Shown here one piece after another: positions 1 through 12,334 of a DNA stretch of 64,000 bases. A program made the position numbers and the translations under genes. The notes beneath the pieces are model-generated. The model had not been told where the DNA came from and ran no database searches. It was given only the letters and a program-made list of their open reading frames with translations. Position 1 is the stretch's first letter. Each line of letters opens with the position of its first letter. Source of the DNA: Azolla caroliniana (Eukaryota > Plantae > Polypodiophyta); contig JBHGNT010000004.1 of the NCBI GenBank assembly GCA_043228905.1, positions 13,826,001 to 13,890,000 of the forward strand, read 5' to 3'.

Positions 1-1548
1 ACTAAAGTATTATATAAGACTTTAGAATTTGGATGAGAGAGTGAAGTATGCTATAGTATCATGAGAGGTAATACTTATATGATATATACCTTTTTTCATT
101 CAAGTCGGTGAGGATAAAAGATTCCCCTATGATATATCCAATTTAGGAAATTATCCCCTTGTTATCTCTTTCGATTCCTAGACTAGACATTAGGAAATAA
201 GACCACCCTTTTTAGGAAGTCGGTGATGAGTAGTCGATCACCACCTCTCTCAAGATAATCCCTTAAATTCTTCCAAACTAGGAAATTCTCCCTTTTTAGT
301 TAATGAAAAATCCTAGTTTAGGTTTTAAGAATAAACATCCCCTTTTTGGAAGTCGATGGGAATAGCTTGTGATTTCCATGAGAATCACTGCTAACAAATA
401 GGGGTGATGATCAAAATATCCCTTCAATTATCATCCCCCTATTCTTCCCATCCATCCCACACTCATGCTCCCCTCTCAAAAACTAATTTTTTCCCCTTAT
501 GTCTCTCCTTTGCATCGATTAATAATTGATGACGATCTTATCCATATAATCATAAAATCATCCTTATAATCAACTATATAATCATCCATATAATCCATCC
601 ATTAAGACTAATGATCAATGGTTTATCCATCCATCATCGTGTAATTAAAACGCACCCATGGTGATGGATGATTGTGGCCATTTGAATAAACCTTCGGGTC
701 AATGATCAATTGATTATTAACATTCAACGATCATCACCCTAGTTCTATCGGACAATTTTAATTAAATTGATTATCAATGATCATTATCCATATATATGAT
801 GATCATCAATTATTTCATTGAAAATTAGATGATCAAGCATCACCTATAGTCTATTGGTGGCCGACCTCTAGAGATGCGATCTCCACACGTAAGGCCGCCT
901 CATGGGCATGGCCATTAGATCAAGAGGGGTATACGAAACATAAAATATAAGTATATTTAATGTGCTTTTATTTTAATAAATATATATTAAATATCTTAAC
1001 ATAAAACAAACACATAATAATAATAACAATAATTCTATGAAACCTGTTTTTTTAATTTTAAACCGCTTGATTTTTTTTTGTACATCAATGGATCAAACTC
1101 AAAGCCTTTTCTTTTAAGGTTATAACAAGAATCTACTAACCAACCCATCGCACAAATCTTGTTATGATAAAATCTATGTCAAAACCTTAATATATTTATT
1201 ATACATAACCCCCTACAATAAACTATACATCAACATATCACCCCCAAACGGAATCTCCGTGGCGTTTTCAACATTTCCCCAATCCTTCATTTAACATAAA
1301 TTAGTACATAACAAAATAACATATTTTCCCATTCTAAATCACACAACATGAATCCAATCAAACATTATTTCTTTAAGATTAAAACCGCTCGGATACCATA
1401 TGTAATAACCAAGATCATTAATCCTAAAATAGAAACATAAATGATACAATCATACTGAAAATACATGTTACTACCCATCCGCCCTTGCGCTAGACTCGAC
1501 AGCGCAGACGAGGAATCCCGATCTGTCCCATACCAACTAGTATCTCCA

Positions 1549-1752
1549 TGTCAAGACCTTGGTAGATGACTAGTCCACATTAAAGAGAGCTTCGTCAGAA
1601 CCACTCATGGGGCCTCCCCCTAACTATGGAGAGTATGCCCTATTTATAGGACCTAGGAGATGTAATGACATCTACCTAACCAATCATGTGTGGGGTACCC
1701 AATGACACACATTAGGTGAGCCCCCAAATAAGCACGTCTAAACCAATGTACA
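1549..1752 (-). mobile_element. Possible short LTR with a long AT-rich leader running off the window start
   Basis: TG...CA bounded segment containing CCTATAAATAGGG on the minus strand. No partner LTR or clear PBS in the window. Confidence 0.3.
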
Positions 1753-2100
1753 CTAGTCCAGCCGAGGATAAACATTCTTGAGGAATACAATGACCATCAG
1801 ATACAACTCACGCTAGAGCTTGAATCTTATGAAAAAGCGTACCTTCGAGCACAAGACGAGCATGAAGAGATTGAGGAAACACATCAGAGCCCAAATTGAG
1901 AACTGCCCCAAGTTGATGATTTTTGTTTGGAATCTCCCTTTAGACAAACCTCACGTCGACATACTACTAGAGGGTCTAGAGGGGTTGCGATACTATTTTG
2001 GAGAGAGATACATAATAGGATAGAAATACAGGGAAAGCGAGTGCTGGAGAAAGCGTGCCGATTCTGACAAATCCGGATCCGACAAGACCGGTAAGGATGG

Positions 2101-3264
2101 CTCGAGCCATGGTCGATCAAGGCTACCACGGTCTCTTTCTTCTCCCCGATCTTCACCGGCGCCTCCGTTGTCGCTCGTGCCCAATGAGGTCGAGTGTAGT
2201 GGCTGTCCACCATATCTTCATCGATTTCGTCTCTTGCCATCGTTATGGCATTCGTTTTTGCTTTTTGCGGCTTCTCATCTTCCTCGTCCGATTGTTGTCT
2301 CTTTCTCTTTACAAGGTCCACGATCGTGTCATGGAACTCCTTCTTCGTAATGCCAAGCAATCCCCTCAAGGACAAAGTTACGTGGCTATCAAGAACTCGT
2401 TCTTCGAGAATCTTCTTTAGGTCCGTCGTCTGCTCTATGTCCGACCTTAGCTTATAGGTAGGTATAGTCCTTGTCCTCCGAGCGGGGTCTTCGACACCAA
2501 CCTTCACGGGCCGCACCGTTTCTTCAACTCGTATGCCCGGCTCCCCTTTTCGGCTTGATTCTCGTTCCTCTGATTGTAAAGGTCGACTCGTCTCCGCATC
2601 ATCCTTCTTTTTCACGTTCCTTGTTTCATGTCTTTTAGATGGGCCTTGCTCTTCTATTCCCTTTCTCTTTTCTTCGACGAACACCTCGTGGTTGTAGCAC
2701 ATCACCTCTGCGAGTATGGTGTTGTCGTCCACCGGATCCGACCACCCGGTTATGCTTTGCACGCTTCGGTCCGCAAGCTCTACCTCGTTCGATGTGACTT
2801 TTCCCTTCTTCTCATATTCGAGAACGGAAGTCCAAAACTTTGCTCCCGCTCTAGCAGCTTCAGTCTTGTCTTTCCCGACTCTTATTCCGGCCGACGCAGC
2901 ATAGTGCATCGCATCCACATGAGTCGCATCGGCATCCTCCATAGATTTCTTCATTCCTCCTCTTCCGAAATTCACCCGTAGGGGTCTTCTAGTCTCGCTT
3001 GAGCAGATCATGTTGTCCTCTATGTATACGATATTTTGTCGAATAGCCTCTCGAAGGCTCGCACAATCCCTTCTCATGTGGTCCATGCTATCACACGACA
3101 CGCATCTAAAGGGTTCTTTTCCTTTAGGGCCCCGACGATTCATGTTGGCTAGCGTGACCTTCTCGAACTTCTTTGCTAGCTCTTCAATGATATCGTCATC
3201 AATCTTCTTTTCTTCCACGTTACTTTGTCTTGGCGGCTCAGCTACTTTCAGCGGTCTTGCTTTC
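2101..3264 (-). pseudogene. Ty3/gypsy gag-protease fragment (possibly Phygy-like), truncated
   Basis: ORF 1884-3218 has a zinc knuckle CVSCDSMDHMRRDC and the protease motif VALIDHGS, after which homology breaks. Confidence 0.75.
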
Positions 3265-3554
3265 TGTTGAGCGGCAAGCTCAACAGGAGCCGGATCGGTA
3301 TGACGGTGAGGAACCGAACCGGCAAGCAGTGGAGGCCGGGTGTAATCCGTAACCGGAAGTCCAATCGGAAGCCTAGTATAGGATAGAGTACTAGGTAGCC
3401 ATAGTCTCGTAGTAAGTGTCAGATGCTCGTGTGAGCATTGAAGTACATGGTACTTCTGTCAGTCCCAAGAGGACTTGTATAAATAGTGCTACTTAGCACA
3501 GTGTGTACAGAGAGTCTGGATATAATTTTGAAATTGTGTTCTGCTCTCTCTGTA

Positions 3555-3585
<31 letters not shown>

Positions 3586-4538
3586 TTGTTGTTCTCTGTT
3601 TTACGCTTCCGCAAACACTCACGTTGACATGGTATCAGAGCGTGAGGGTTGAGAACCTTTGCTGCAGACATTTACTCTTGAGAAGAAAACCCTAACAGGT
3701 CGAAAACAGACACAGTAGAAGACATGGATAGAGGCATGGCTACGTCGCTCCCGGTGGAGAAGCTCGACAGGAGCAACTACGCATCCTGGTCTTACAAGAT
3801 GCACCAGTACCTGCTTGGACACGGGTACTGGAGTTATGTCGAAGGAGTGAATGATGCGGCGCCCGACTCGGCACACAAGGACTTCCCGGTATGGGAACAG
3901 GCGGCAAGCAGGGTGATGTACTGCTTCGCGTCCAGTGTCGGCGATCAGCTTCTCAGCCACATCCGTGACGCCAAGTCACCGAAGGATGCTTGGGGGAACC
4001 TGAAAAAGGTTTTCGCCACAAGCACGACTGCACGGAAGCTGCAACTCAGACAAGAGTTGAGCAATGTTCGACAGAAGAACATGTCCGTGGCAGACTACAC
4101 GGGCCGGATAAAGGAGATCTGCGACTAGCTCGCCTCTATCAATGTTACCATAGAGGAAGACAAGATGGTGCAGGTATGTCTCGGAGGCCTGGCGTCCAAG
4201 TTCGGAGTGTTCCGGACTGCGGTGTGTACAAGGGAGAATACCCCCTCATTCTTCGACTTACAGTTGATGCTCCTTGTAGAGGAGAACCACACCGGTGCAT
4301 CTACTAGTGCATCCCCGGACAGCCGAATGCTGTACACGGGAACGGATCGGCTCCATGGGCGTGGTGGAAGAGGTGGGTCGGCACGCAATGGAGGCGGCCG
4401 GCAAGAGCAGGAACGGAGGCACTATGAGCGTGCCGACAACAGTTCCGGGACTTCCACAAGCAGGGGGAGTCAAGGCGGTGCCGGAGGCCGGCAAGACAAA
4501 TCCGCTACGGAATGCTGGTACTGTGGCAAAAAAGGCTA
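3265..4538 (+). mobile_element. Truncated Ty1/copia: 5' LTR 3265-3629, tRNA-iMet PBS, gag pseudogene
   Basis: TGTTGAG..GACA LTR and PBS TGGTATCAGAGC at 3630-3641. Gag starts at 3724 (EKLDRSNYASW), has a stop at 4128 and breaks in the zinc knuckle CWYCGKKG. Confidence 0.9.
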
Positions 4539-5260
4539 TGATGACGACATCACACTCCATGGAGCACATTGTCATCACCGATACCTCAGAGGAAGCTGAA
4601 CAGATACGCTACAAACCAGATATGGACCTCGAAAATGCTCAGGATGAGACCATACAAGTTGAGCACATCAACGAACTAGAAGTAGAGCAAGGGTCGGAAG
4701 ACTTGCGACCAATGGGCACGGATCATGATGCAAATGTAGAGTCGACTCCACAGGTGGAACAAGTACAACAAACAAACAAGCAACAAATCCCGAATGACTC
4801 CGACCAGCATGAAGAGCAGGATGAGAAGGAGCCAAAATTGTTGGATATTTTGATGGAGGATGCCAATGATGACAAGTCTGCCGACAACGACGAGCTTGCA
4901 AAGGACGATCAGCATACTGGCGAAGAGGAGGAGTTGAATGGTGATGAGGATGACTAGCTCCTGATTTTGGGGTTTGACCGTGCAAGGCACTGTCCCACAG
5001 TGTTGTGAAGATGTTCAGCTACTATGAGAAATCACGAGAAAGGGGACCAAAATGTGTATGTGCAATGTGTGTGCACACAAAGGCAATTATTTGTGTACAT
5101 GCACAAATAAAATGGAATCGAAGGGTGCAAATGAGGAGACTTACACCTTTTTAGCATTAAATACAAATTTGGAGGCCCCCAAATTTTTTCCTATAAAAGG
5201 AGGATGTGGGGGCTCATTTTGGGTCGGCCATTTTGGTATTTGGAGGTAGAACATTAATGT

Positions 5261-5510
5261 TTTGAGGATTCATCTTCATCTTCATTTCTTTTCTAGGGTT
5301 TGGGGGTTGCCCATTTTGGAGAGCACCATTAGGGTTTTGGTTTTAGGGTTTCTACTTCCACTACCACTTCTTCTTCTTTTTCTTAGGGTTTTGAGGATTC
5401 ATTTTCTTCTTCATTTGTTTTCTAGGGTTTGGGGGTTGCCCATTTTGGAGAGCACCATTTAGGGTTTTGGTTTTAGGGTTTCTACGTCCACTACCACTTC
5501 TTCCTTTTCT
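5261..5510 (+). repeat. ~130-bp tandem duplication rich in TAGGGTTT motifs inside the solo LTR
   Basis: Unit TTGAGGATTCAT...CACTACCACTTCTTC appears twice (from ~5262 and 5391). Confidence 0.8.
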
Positions 5511-6487
5511 CACCATACTAGAGGTTTTAGGGTTTCTACTTCTACTACTAGTTCTTCTTTTCTCCTCAACATACGAGAGAACTTAGGGTTTGGCTTCTTG
5601 GCTATTTTGGGGTTTCTTGGGGTGCTTGATATCTCTCACACCCTCTCCTCTTTTAGGTGTATGTGCAGCCTTGTGTTGGTGTTGGCGCTCGAAGTGCTCC
5701 AGTCATTTGTGGTGCTCGTGAGATCGACACTTGTTGGTTCAGTGTTGCTCCCTCCTTCATCCTTGCGAGTCCGTGTCCTCGCCATTTGGGTGGTGGTGGT
5801 ACGTTGGGGTCGGGCTTTTTGTGGTGTGGCCATGCTCGCGTGCTCACCGGTGTAGAGATCGTGTGCGTGCTTGGCAATCGTGGTCGTTGTCAAAAGCACC
5901 ATCTCCCTCCCTATCTCTTGCCCTGTTATTATTTGCATGTAGTTGAGCTTGAGTCCAGCCAGAGTGTCGTTATTATAAATCCGTGGTGGCCCCGATCCTT
6001 GCATAAGGAAAATATTTTTGGGTGTATGTTGTGGTGTGTCAGGAACAGTACTAAGACAGAGAAGTATTGTAAGGAAGAGTTCTAAGACAGAGAAGGAATT
6101 AGTACTAAAAGATGAGGATTAGTACTAAGGGAGGTGTAAAACTATCGAGAGATGGAAAGAGTGAGTGAGTGAGAGAGAGACATAGAGAGAATGATGATAA
6201 CAAAATATATATATTATGTTAAGAGAATATACAATAGTAGCTAGGAGGCTTAAGATTGGCGTTGAACCGATTTGGTTTGAAATAATGCCTTGTGCCTCCT
6301 TTTTATAGTGTTCTCAAGAGTACTCCTGAAGTTTCTAGAATGTTCCAGAGAAATCTGGAATTTACATCAAGTTTCTATAGTAAAACTTAAATGAAAATAA
6401 TATCCTTCGTATTACAACATATAGTCTAACAAGAGCTCGACCCATGTAACATAAGGTTATGGGTTCGAGTCTTGCCATATCATGTCA

Positions 6488-7565
6488 CTATCCCCCCTTT
6501 AAAACGACAAGTGTCACGAGTCGTTTTGGATTGAGGACCCGGTTTGTCTGGATATTGACGATGGAAAGCACGAGCATTGGTCACATTCTCTATTGGTTCC
6601 CAAGTACGCTCGCTGGGACTATATCCTAGCCAATCGATTAAATAGTAGAGCTTGTTGCGAACAATCTTGGAATCGAGGATGGCAGCAACCTCGTACTCAA
6701 GTCCATCTTCAAGTTCAATAGGGGGTGGAGGTTGTTTAATATGACCTAGGATGGTGTTATCTTGATAGGGTTCGAGGAGAGAACTATGAAACACCAGATG
6801 TATTCAATGTTGTGGAGGTAGATCAAGACGAAAAGAGACATCATTAATTATTTCGATAATACGGAAAGGACCTAATTGCCGATAATCCAACTTCTCACAT
6901 TGGTGACTAGTCTTGATGTGTCGTTGTAGTAGCCATACCCGATCTCCAATGTTAAAACTGGATGGAAACCGAAGACGATCCACGTCAACCTTGTGTGTTT
7001 GTTGAGCTTGTTGTAGATGAGTAGATAAATCCACTTGTATCTTGCGTAACTACTCCAAATGATCCTTTGCACAAGAATTTGTGGCTAACTCTGGGGTTTC
7101 CAATACACACCACCGGGGTTGACAACCCATATAAGCATAAAATGGTGTAACCTTTGTCGATGAGTGGATAGAGTTATTATACTCAAATTCGGCGAAGTGG
7201 AGAATATCCGCCTAGTCATCTTGATGATAGCTTAGAAAGCACCGAAGATACTGCTCTAGCGTTTGATTTGTCCGTTCTGCTTGGCCGTCTAGTGCGGGTG
7301 GTAGTCAGAGGAGAGGTTACAAGTGACCTTCAGCATTTTAAAGAGGTGCTTCCAGAATTTCAAGACGAACTAGGGTTCACGGTCGCTGATGATACTATCG
7401 GGAAGGCCATGATGTTGACATACTTCACACATGACAATTTCGGCGGTTTCCTCACTCGAGATTTCCTTAGTACATGGCAGGAAATGGGCCATCTTCGTAT
7501 ATCGATCTACTACTGTTAAGATCGCATCGAATCCCATAGAGACCGGAAGATCTGTGATGAAATCT
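6488..7565 (-). pseudogene. Chromovirus integrase C-terminus and chromodomain
   Basis: [21 protein letters not shown] and [34 protein letters not shown], with frameshifts. Confidence 0.9.
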
Positions 7566-9186
7566 AGAGCAATGGATAGGATACAGTCCCAGCGAGCGTA
7601 CATGTATGTATAGAGCAATGGATGCTCGTGTGTTAAATCGATGTCAAACTCGGTGGACCCAATTCCTCACTTGTTTAGACTTCAAAATTACATATCGTCC
7701 GGGGAAGCAACAAGGGAAGGCAGATGCATTATCACGGTGCTCGTATCTAGCATCGCGTCCTCGCGAGCCAGCTTTCGATAACCAAACGCAAGTAATCCTG
7801 GGACCGGCATGACTGTAAGCAACGTAGGTCTTCGGTATGCCCTTGGATTCATACGTTATCGATACCATACGTGTAGAAAGTAGCGTGCGGAAGCAGGTAT
7901 GAAGACAGAACAGAGGAAGGAAACACAGGTTTAATGGAGAGCTTGAGCTTACACGGTATACGCAAGAGCGACAGAGAGAGAAACACAAAAAACTATATTT
8001 CACAAAAATACTCAATCTCTATACATAAGACGTGCTCAGTGAACACTTTTATACAAGCCCTAGAAGGACTGACCGAAGTACTGACAGTACTTCAATGCTC
8101 ATCAAGAGCCCCTACACTAACTCCCAAATATATTCCTCACGGAATATCTTTCCTAACGACCTCCCGGTTTACGCACTCGGCCTAACCGATCAGTCCCAAC
8201 CGATCCGGTCCTCGGCTTCTTCAGCCGATCCGGCCGATGTTGAGCTTGTCTCTCAACACTCCCCCTCAAGCTCAATTTGAGGCTCTCCGGGATCTTCACA
8301 GCACCGGTTCCTCCTGGCTTCTCGCCTTGCTCGTGCTCCTCGACCTGTTCGACTCCGCGCGCTTCGACCCTTCCGGTCGGCTTGTCTGCTCATGTGGCCC
8401 TCATCAGCTCTTCTGTTGTTGCGGTGTTGACGCTTCTTCTGCTGCATTTTCTTCTGCTTGGGCCTCGATTGATTCAGCGTGTCTGAATCAAACATCTGAA
8501 CCGACTCGGCTACCTCCGATCGGTTTTCGCTCTCGTCCGAGTTGGCTGTCTCCAACTCGTCTTCGGTCTTCTCGCCCTCGATGGCGTTGTCTTCCCCATG
8601 CGTGGTTGGCTTCGGCTCTCTCCTTCGGTTGCTCCCCTTCTGTCCTCTTCCGAACTTTTCTGCGGGTCCGCCCTCGGCTTCTTCAGCCGATCCGTCTGTT
8701 AACTCTTCGGGCCGGACAATGGCCTAACACAGGGTGTCTACGGGAGACACTTCACCAAAGGGTGTTACGACAACTGGATTAGACTTCAACGCTTAATCCG
8801 ACTTAATTAAGTTACTTATTAGGATCGTCTTCATAACACGCGTAAGATAATATAACAATTAAGACAGAATGGCAATTAACACAGAGAGATAACAAATCTT
8901 AAGCTTTCATTAATTAACCGCTAACTATTAAATTGTATCCAGGCCTTTAAATAGGTTTCCGGTCTGTATTCCAAAACGGTGCCATCCGCACCTGTTCGGG
9001 ATCGGTCCGGATTCGGAACGGCATACCGTTTCCGATCCGTCCGTCCACACTCATAGCTTAATTACAACCACATTCCTACTACTTAATTAGCTCTCTGTTT
9101 CCCACTCTAGACTCCTTTGCCGGCCGGTAACACATGGCACGCCCATGGGAGAGTACCTTGTACGTTGAATCCACAACCGACCCTTG

Positions 9187-11958
9187 CTATTCTTCGTCCA
9201 AAATGTCCAGAATGCTTTGTTCGAGAGGCTCCAATGGTTCATCTGGAAGTGGTTGTTGTTGTTGCTGTTGTTGCTGCTCTGTTGCTGTCTGCTGCGGCGG
9301 GTCCGTTGGTGGTTGCTGCGGCTGCTCCTCCGTTTGTGGCTCTGACACCGGCGTCTCCGTCATTGCTCCCTGCGTCGTAGTGGTCTCTGGTTGACTGGTT
9401 CCCGGATGGCCCTCAGCCGACGATGGTTCCTCATCACTAAGGTTAACCGTTGTCGCTTCCCGTGCTTTTTCTTCCCGCACCCGGGACCACTCGTAGCTTT
9501 CAAACTGGATTTGAGCGTCCAGCCTATCATCGTCCAGCTGAGCTACGAGCTGCCTGACCTGCGCCAGCTATTCATCTGCCAGGACTTGGCAGTCGTCGGC
9601 CAGCTCGTCCCGTATGGCGGTGAAGTCCTCGAAAGTCAACGTATAACAGTCATCTCCTTCCTTCCGCCCGTTTGCCACATCCGCCCGTAGCAACTGGAGT
9701 TCCACCGCGTTTTGTGCCCACTTTATCCACCATTTTACGGAGCTTTCATCAATCAAGTGTTTCGTCTGATTCAGCCATGCCCGGAGGATGGACTGAATCC
9801 GGCTCGTTCCCAATTGCGATTTGGTTTCCGCCGCTTGCCGTTCCTCCTTCAGTTGTTTGATGATTTTGATGTTGTCCTCCGCCTGCGCCTTGTAATGCGT
9901 CAATTGCCTTTTATATGTGCTTTGTAATTTCTGCAATACTGTTGACGCTCTCTCTTTGTCTTCCTGCTGCTGCCTCTGGAGCTCCATCCGGACCTTCTCC
10001 GCCTCTTCCAAGCGTCTTGTATTTTCCGCCCGTTCGTCGGCTATCGCCGTCGCGGCCCGATCAACTGCCTGCTGGAGCTCGGCCATCCGTTCTTTATGCT
10101 CTGTTTCCAGCCGTTTGTAGTCCCGATGCAGGTGCTCAAAATCATCCATCTTTTGCTTGAGCCATGCGTTGATCTGACGACGGGCCCGGTCCTCGCGGTC
10201 CTTCTGCTGGCGGAGCTCTTCCTTTAGCCGTTCAATCTCTGTTTCCGCCGTTTTCCGCAGCTTGTCCTTTTCCTGCAGCACTTTGTCTTTCTCCTCCTTT
10301 AGCCGGTCGTACGCTTGATGGCCTTTCCGGAGGCTCTCCTCTGCCCTGCGGAGGTTCTCAGCAGTCTTCTTTAATTCGGCTTCGGCCCCCGTCTTCATTT
10401 CTCGTTCACGGCTCCTTAGCGCTTCTTGTGCGGCAAGTTCCTCTCTCAATTCCGCAAGCTCCTGAGCTTGCACCGCATCTCTCGCCGGAATGGTTTCCGT
10501 TGTCGGGGTCCTATTGCTATGTATAGGTCGTTCCGTTTCTTTATTCTGTACACTTACCGGAGTCACCGGTGATTGGATCCGTATTTTGGCCATCTCTGTC
10601 GTGACCTGATCCAAGTCTTTTTCAAGGCACCGGATTCTGGACCGGGCCGTCTCTAGTTGTTCGGTTGTGACGAGCAACCGTTCGCTTTGTGCTTTTTCTT
10701 CCACCTCTATATACCCCACTGCTCCGGCTATCTATTCGCCTATCCACCGAAGCCACAGGCTACTGGTGCCTTGTTTTGCTTGCACGGAGGTTTGACAGAT
10801 GGGCTCACTTGTAGAGGGGTGGTCCCGCCTGGTTGGGCCGAGTTGCAGTTCCGTTTCTGCCCGTGGACCATCCTGCTGTCCTGGTTCCCCTTGCGCTTCT
10901 TCTTGGCTGACCGAGGGAGGCTGCAGTGACCTTTCCGGCTCTGGTGGGATGGGGCTTGCCGGTGTTGCCGGTGGTGTCGGGGCTTTTGTTTCCGGTGCCA
11001 TCTGCACCGGTTCCGGTTCCTTCCTTGGCGTGGGAGTCTCAGTATGGGGAGCCGGTGTTCCCTCCGTCTGAGGGTCCGAACGTTTCCCGGCTGTCTCAAC
11101 GGTCCTTGCTGACGACCGTCGCTGGAGGTGCTCCGTAGGCTCCTCCTCTATTTCCTCCTGAGCTCCTGCATTGAGTTTTGCCGCCAAGGGGTCCACTTCT
11201 CGATTCATCGGTCGGCGTAGTGTGACCTTTACGGGCCGTGCCGGTGGTTCCTCCTGCGCCTCCGTTGGGCGCTTCCGGCTGCCGCTTCCTGCTGCCGCCT
11301 GTTCTGCCTCCACCGCCTTTCCCTTACTGGCCTTAGAGGCCAACAGTTGTTGCCGTTTGGAAGCCGTCCTTGGGGTGCCGTCTGCCACTCTTCCTCGCTT
11401 CTTGGGCTGGGCGGTCTGAACGGGTGGCACCAGCAAGGTGAGCCACTGCGTTACGGCGTGCCATATCCTTCGTCCGTCTCGGCCTTCTTTGCCGTCTTTG
11501 CCTCTGACGATCTCGATCGCCGCACACAACCCGTCTGCGATCAATACCGGCCAATCCACCTTGATCCCTTCATAGGTGGCGATGATCATCCCTGCCCGGT
11601 TCTGCGGCATGACAGGGGGTCTAGGGTACACGTGGCCGTATTCATGGAGCACACGAGCAATTTCGCGGAACAGCATATCTCGGCCGCCCTGTGTCCGGTA
11701 GCCCTTGCTGGCTAGAGAGTACTCGCCAAAATACCTGATGAGTTGCTCCGGCGTTGGATTGTCGATCGTGAGTATGCCTCCCTCCGGAAGGCCTGTTAAC
11801 GCTCGAATCGCCTCTGCCGTTATGACCTCTGTATCGATTTCCTTGATCACTTTGTCGGCTTCTTTGTGTGGCGGTACTTCCATCATCATCAAGAAGCCCT
11901 CGAGCCCGTGTTGCTTCAGCCATGTCTTGGCGGCTTCCGACAGCGTTTGTGGGTCCAT
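9187..11958 (-). pseudogene. Element A ORF2: globular N-terminus, disordered linker, long coiled coil; two in-frame stops
   Basis: ORF pieces 10732-12180, 9568-10719 and 9187-9480 are in one frame and homologous to B ORF2. Confidence 0.85.
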
Positions 11959-12334
11959 TTCTGTGTCGGGGTTGGATTGCGGTGGCGAGGATGGATGGTG
12001 ATGAGAGTGGGGTTGAGAAAGAGAGAGTTCAGAAGGCGGGGGTTCTCTGTGCGTAGGTTCTCGTCTGATGATCTTGCAGCGTCTTGGTGCTTCTGTGCTC
12101 CTGGGTTCGCGAAAGTAGAGGGTCTCTACGCGCAGTGGTTTTTGTCTATGCATTCTGGCGCCTTTTTCGAGTGTGTGCATGTCGCGTACTTAAAATAGCA
12201 TTATGTCCTGTGGTGGCGCTTTAAATGCCCACTACGTACCTTTTCGCTTCTCGCTCTTTCCTCCATTCATTCCTCGCTTTTGCATGATTGTTTTTTTTTT
12301 TTTTTTTTCAATTATTATTATTATTATTGTGACG

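Noticed and set aside
5290-5590. Telomeric array
   Set aside because: TTAGGG/TAGGGTTT motifs are dispersed within an LTR, not tandem.
9187-12180. Retroviral envelope gene
   Set aside because: No signal peptide or hydrophobic transmembrane segment visible.
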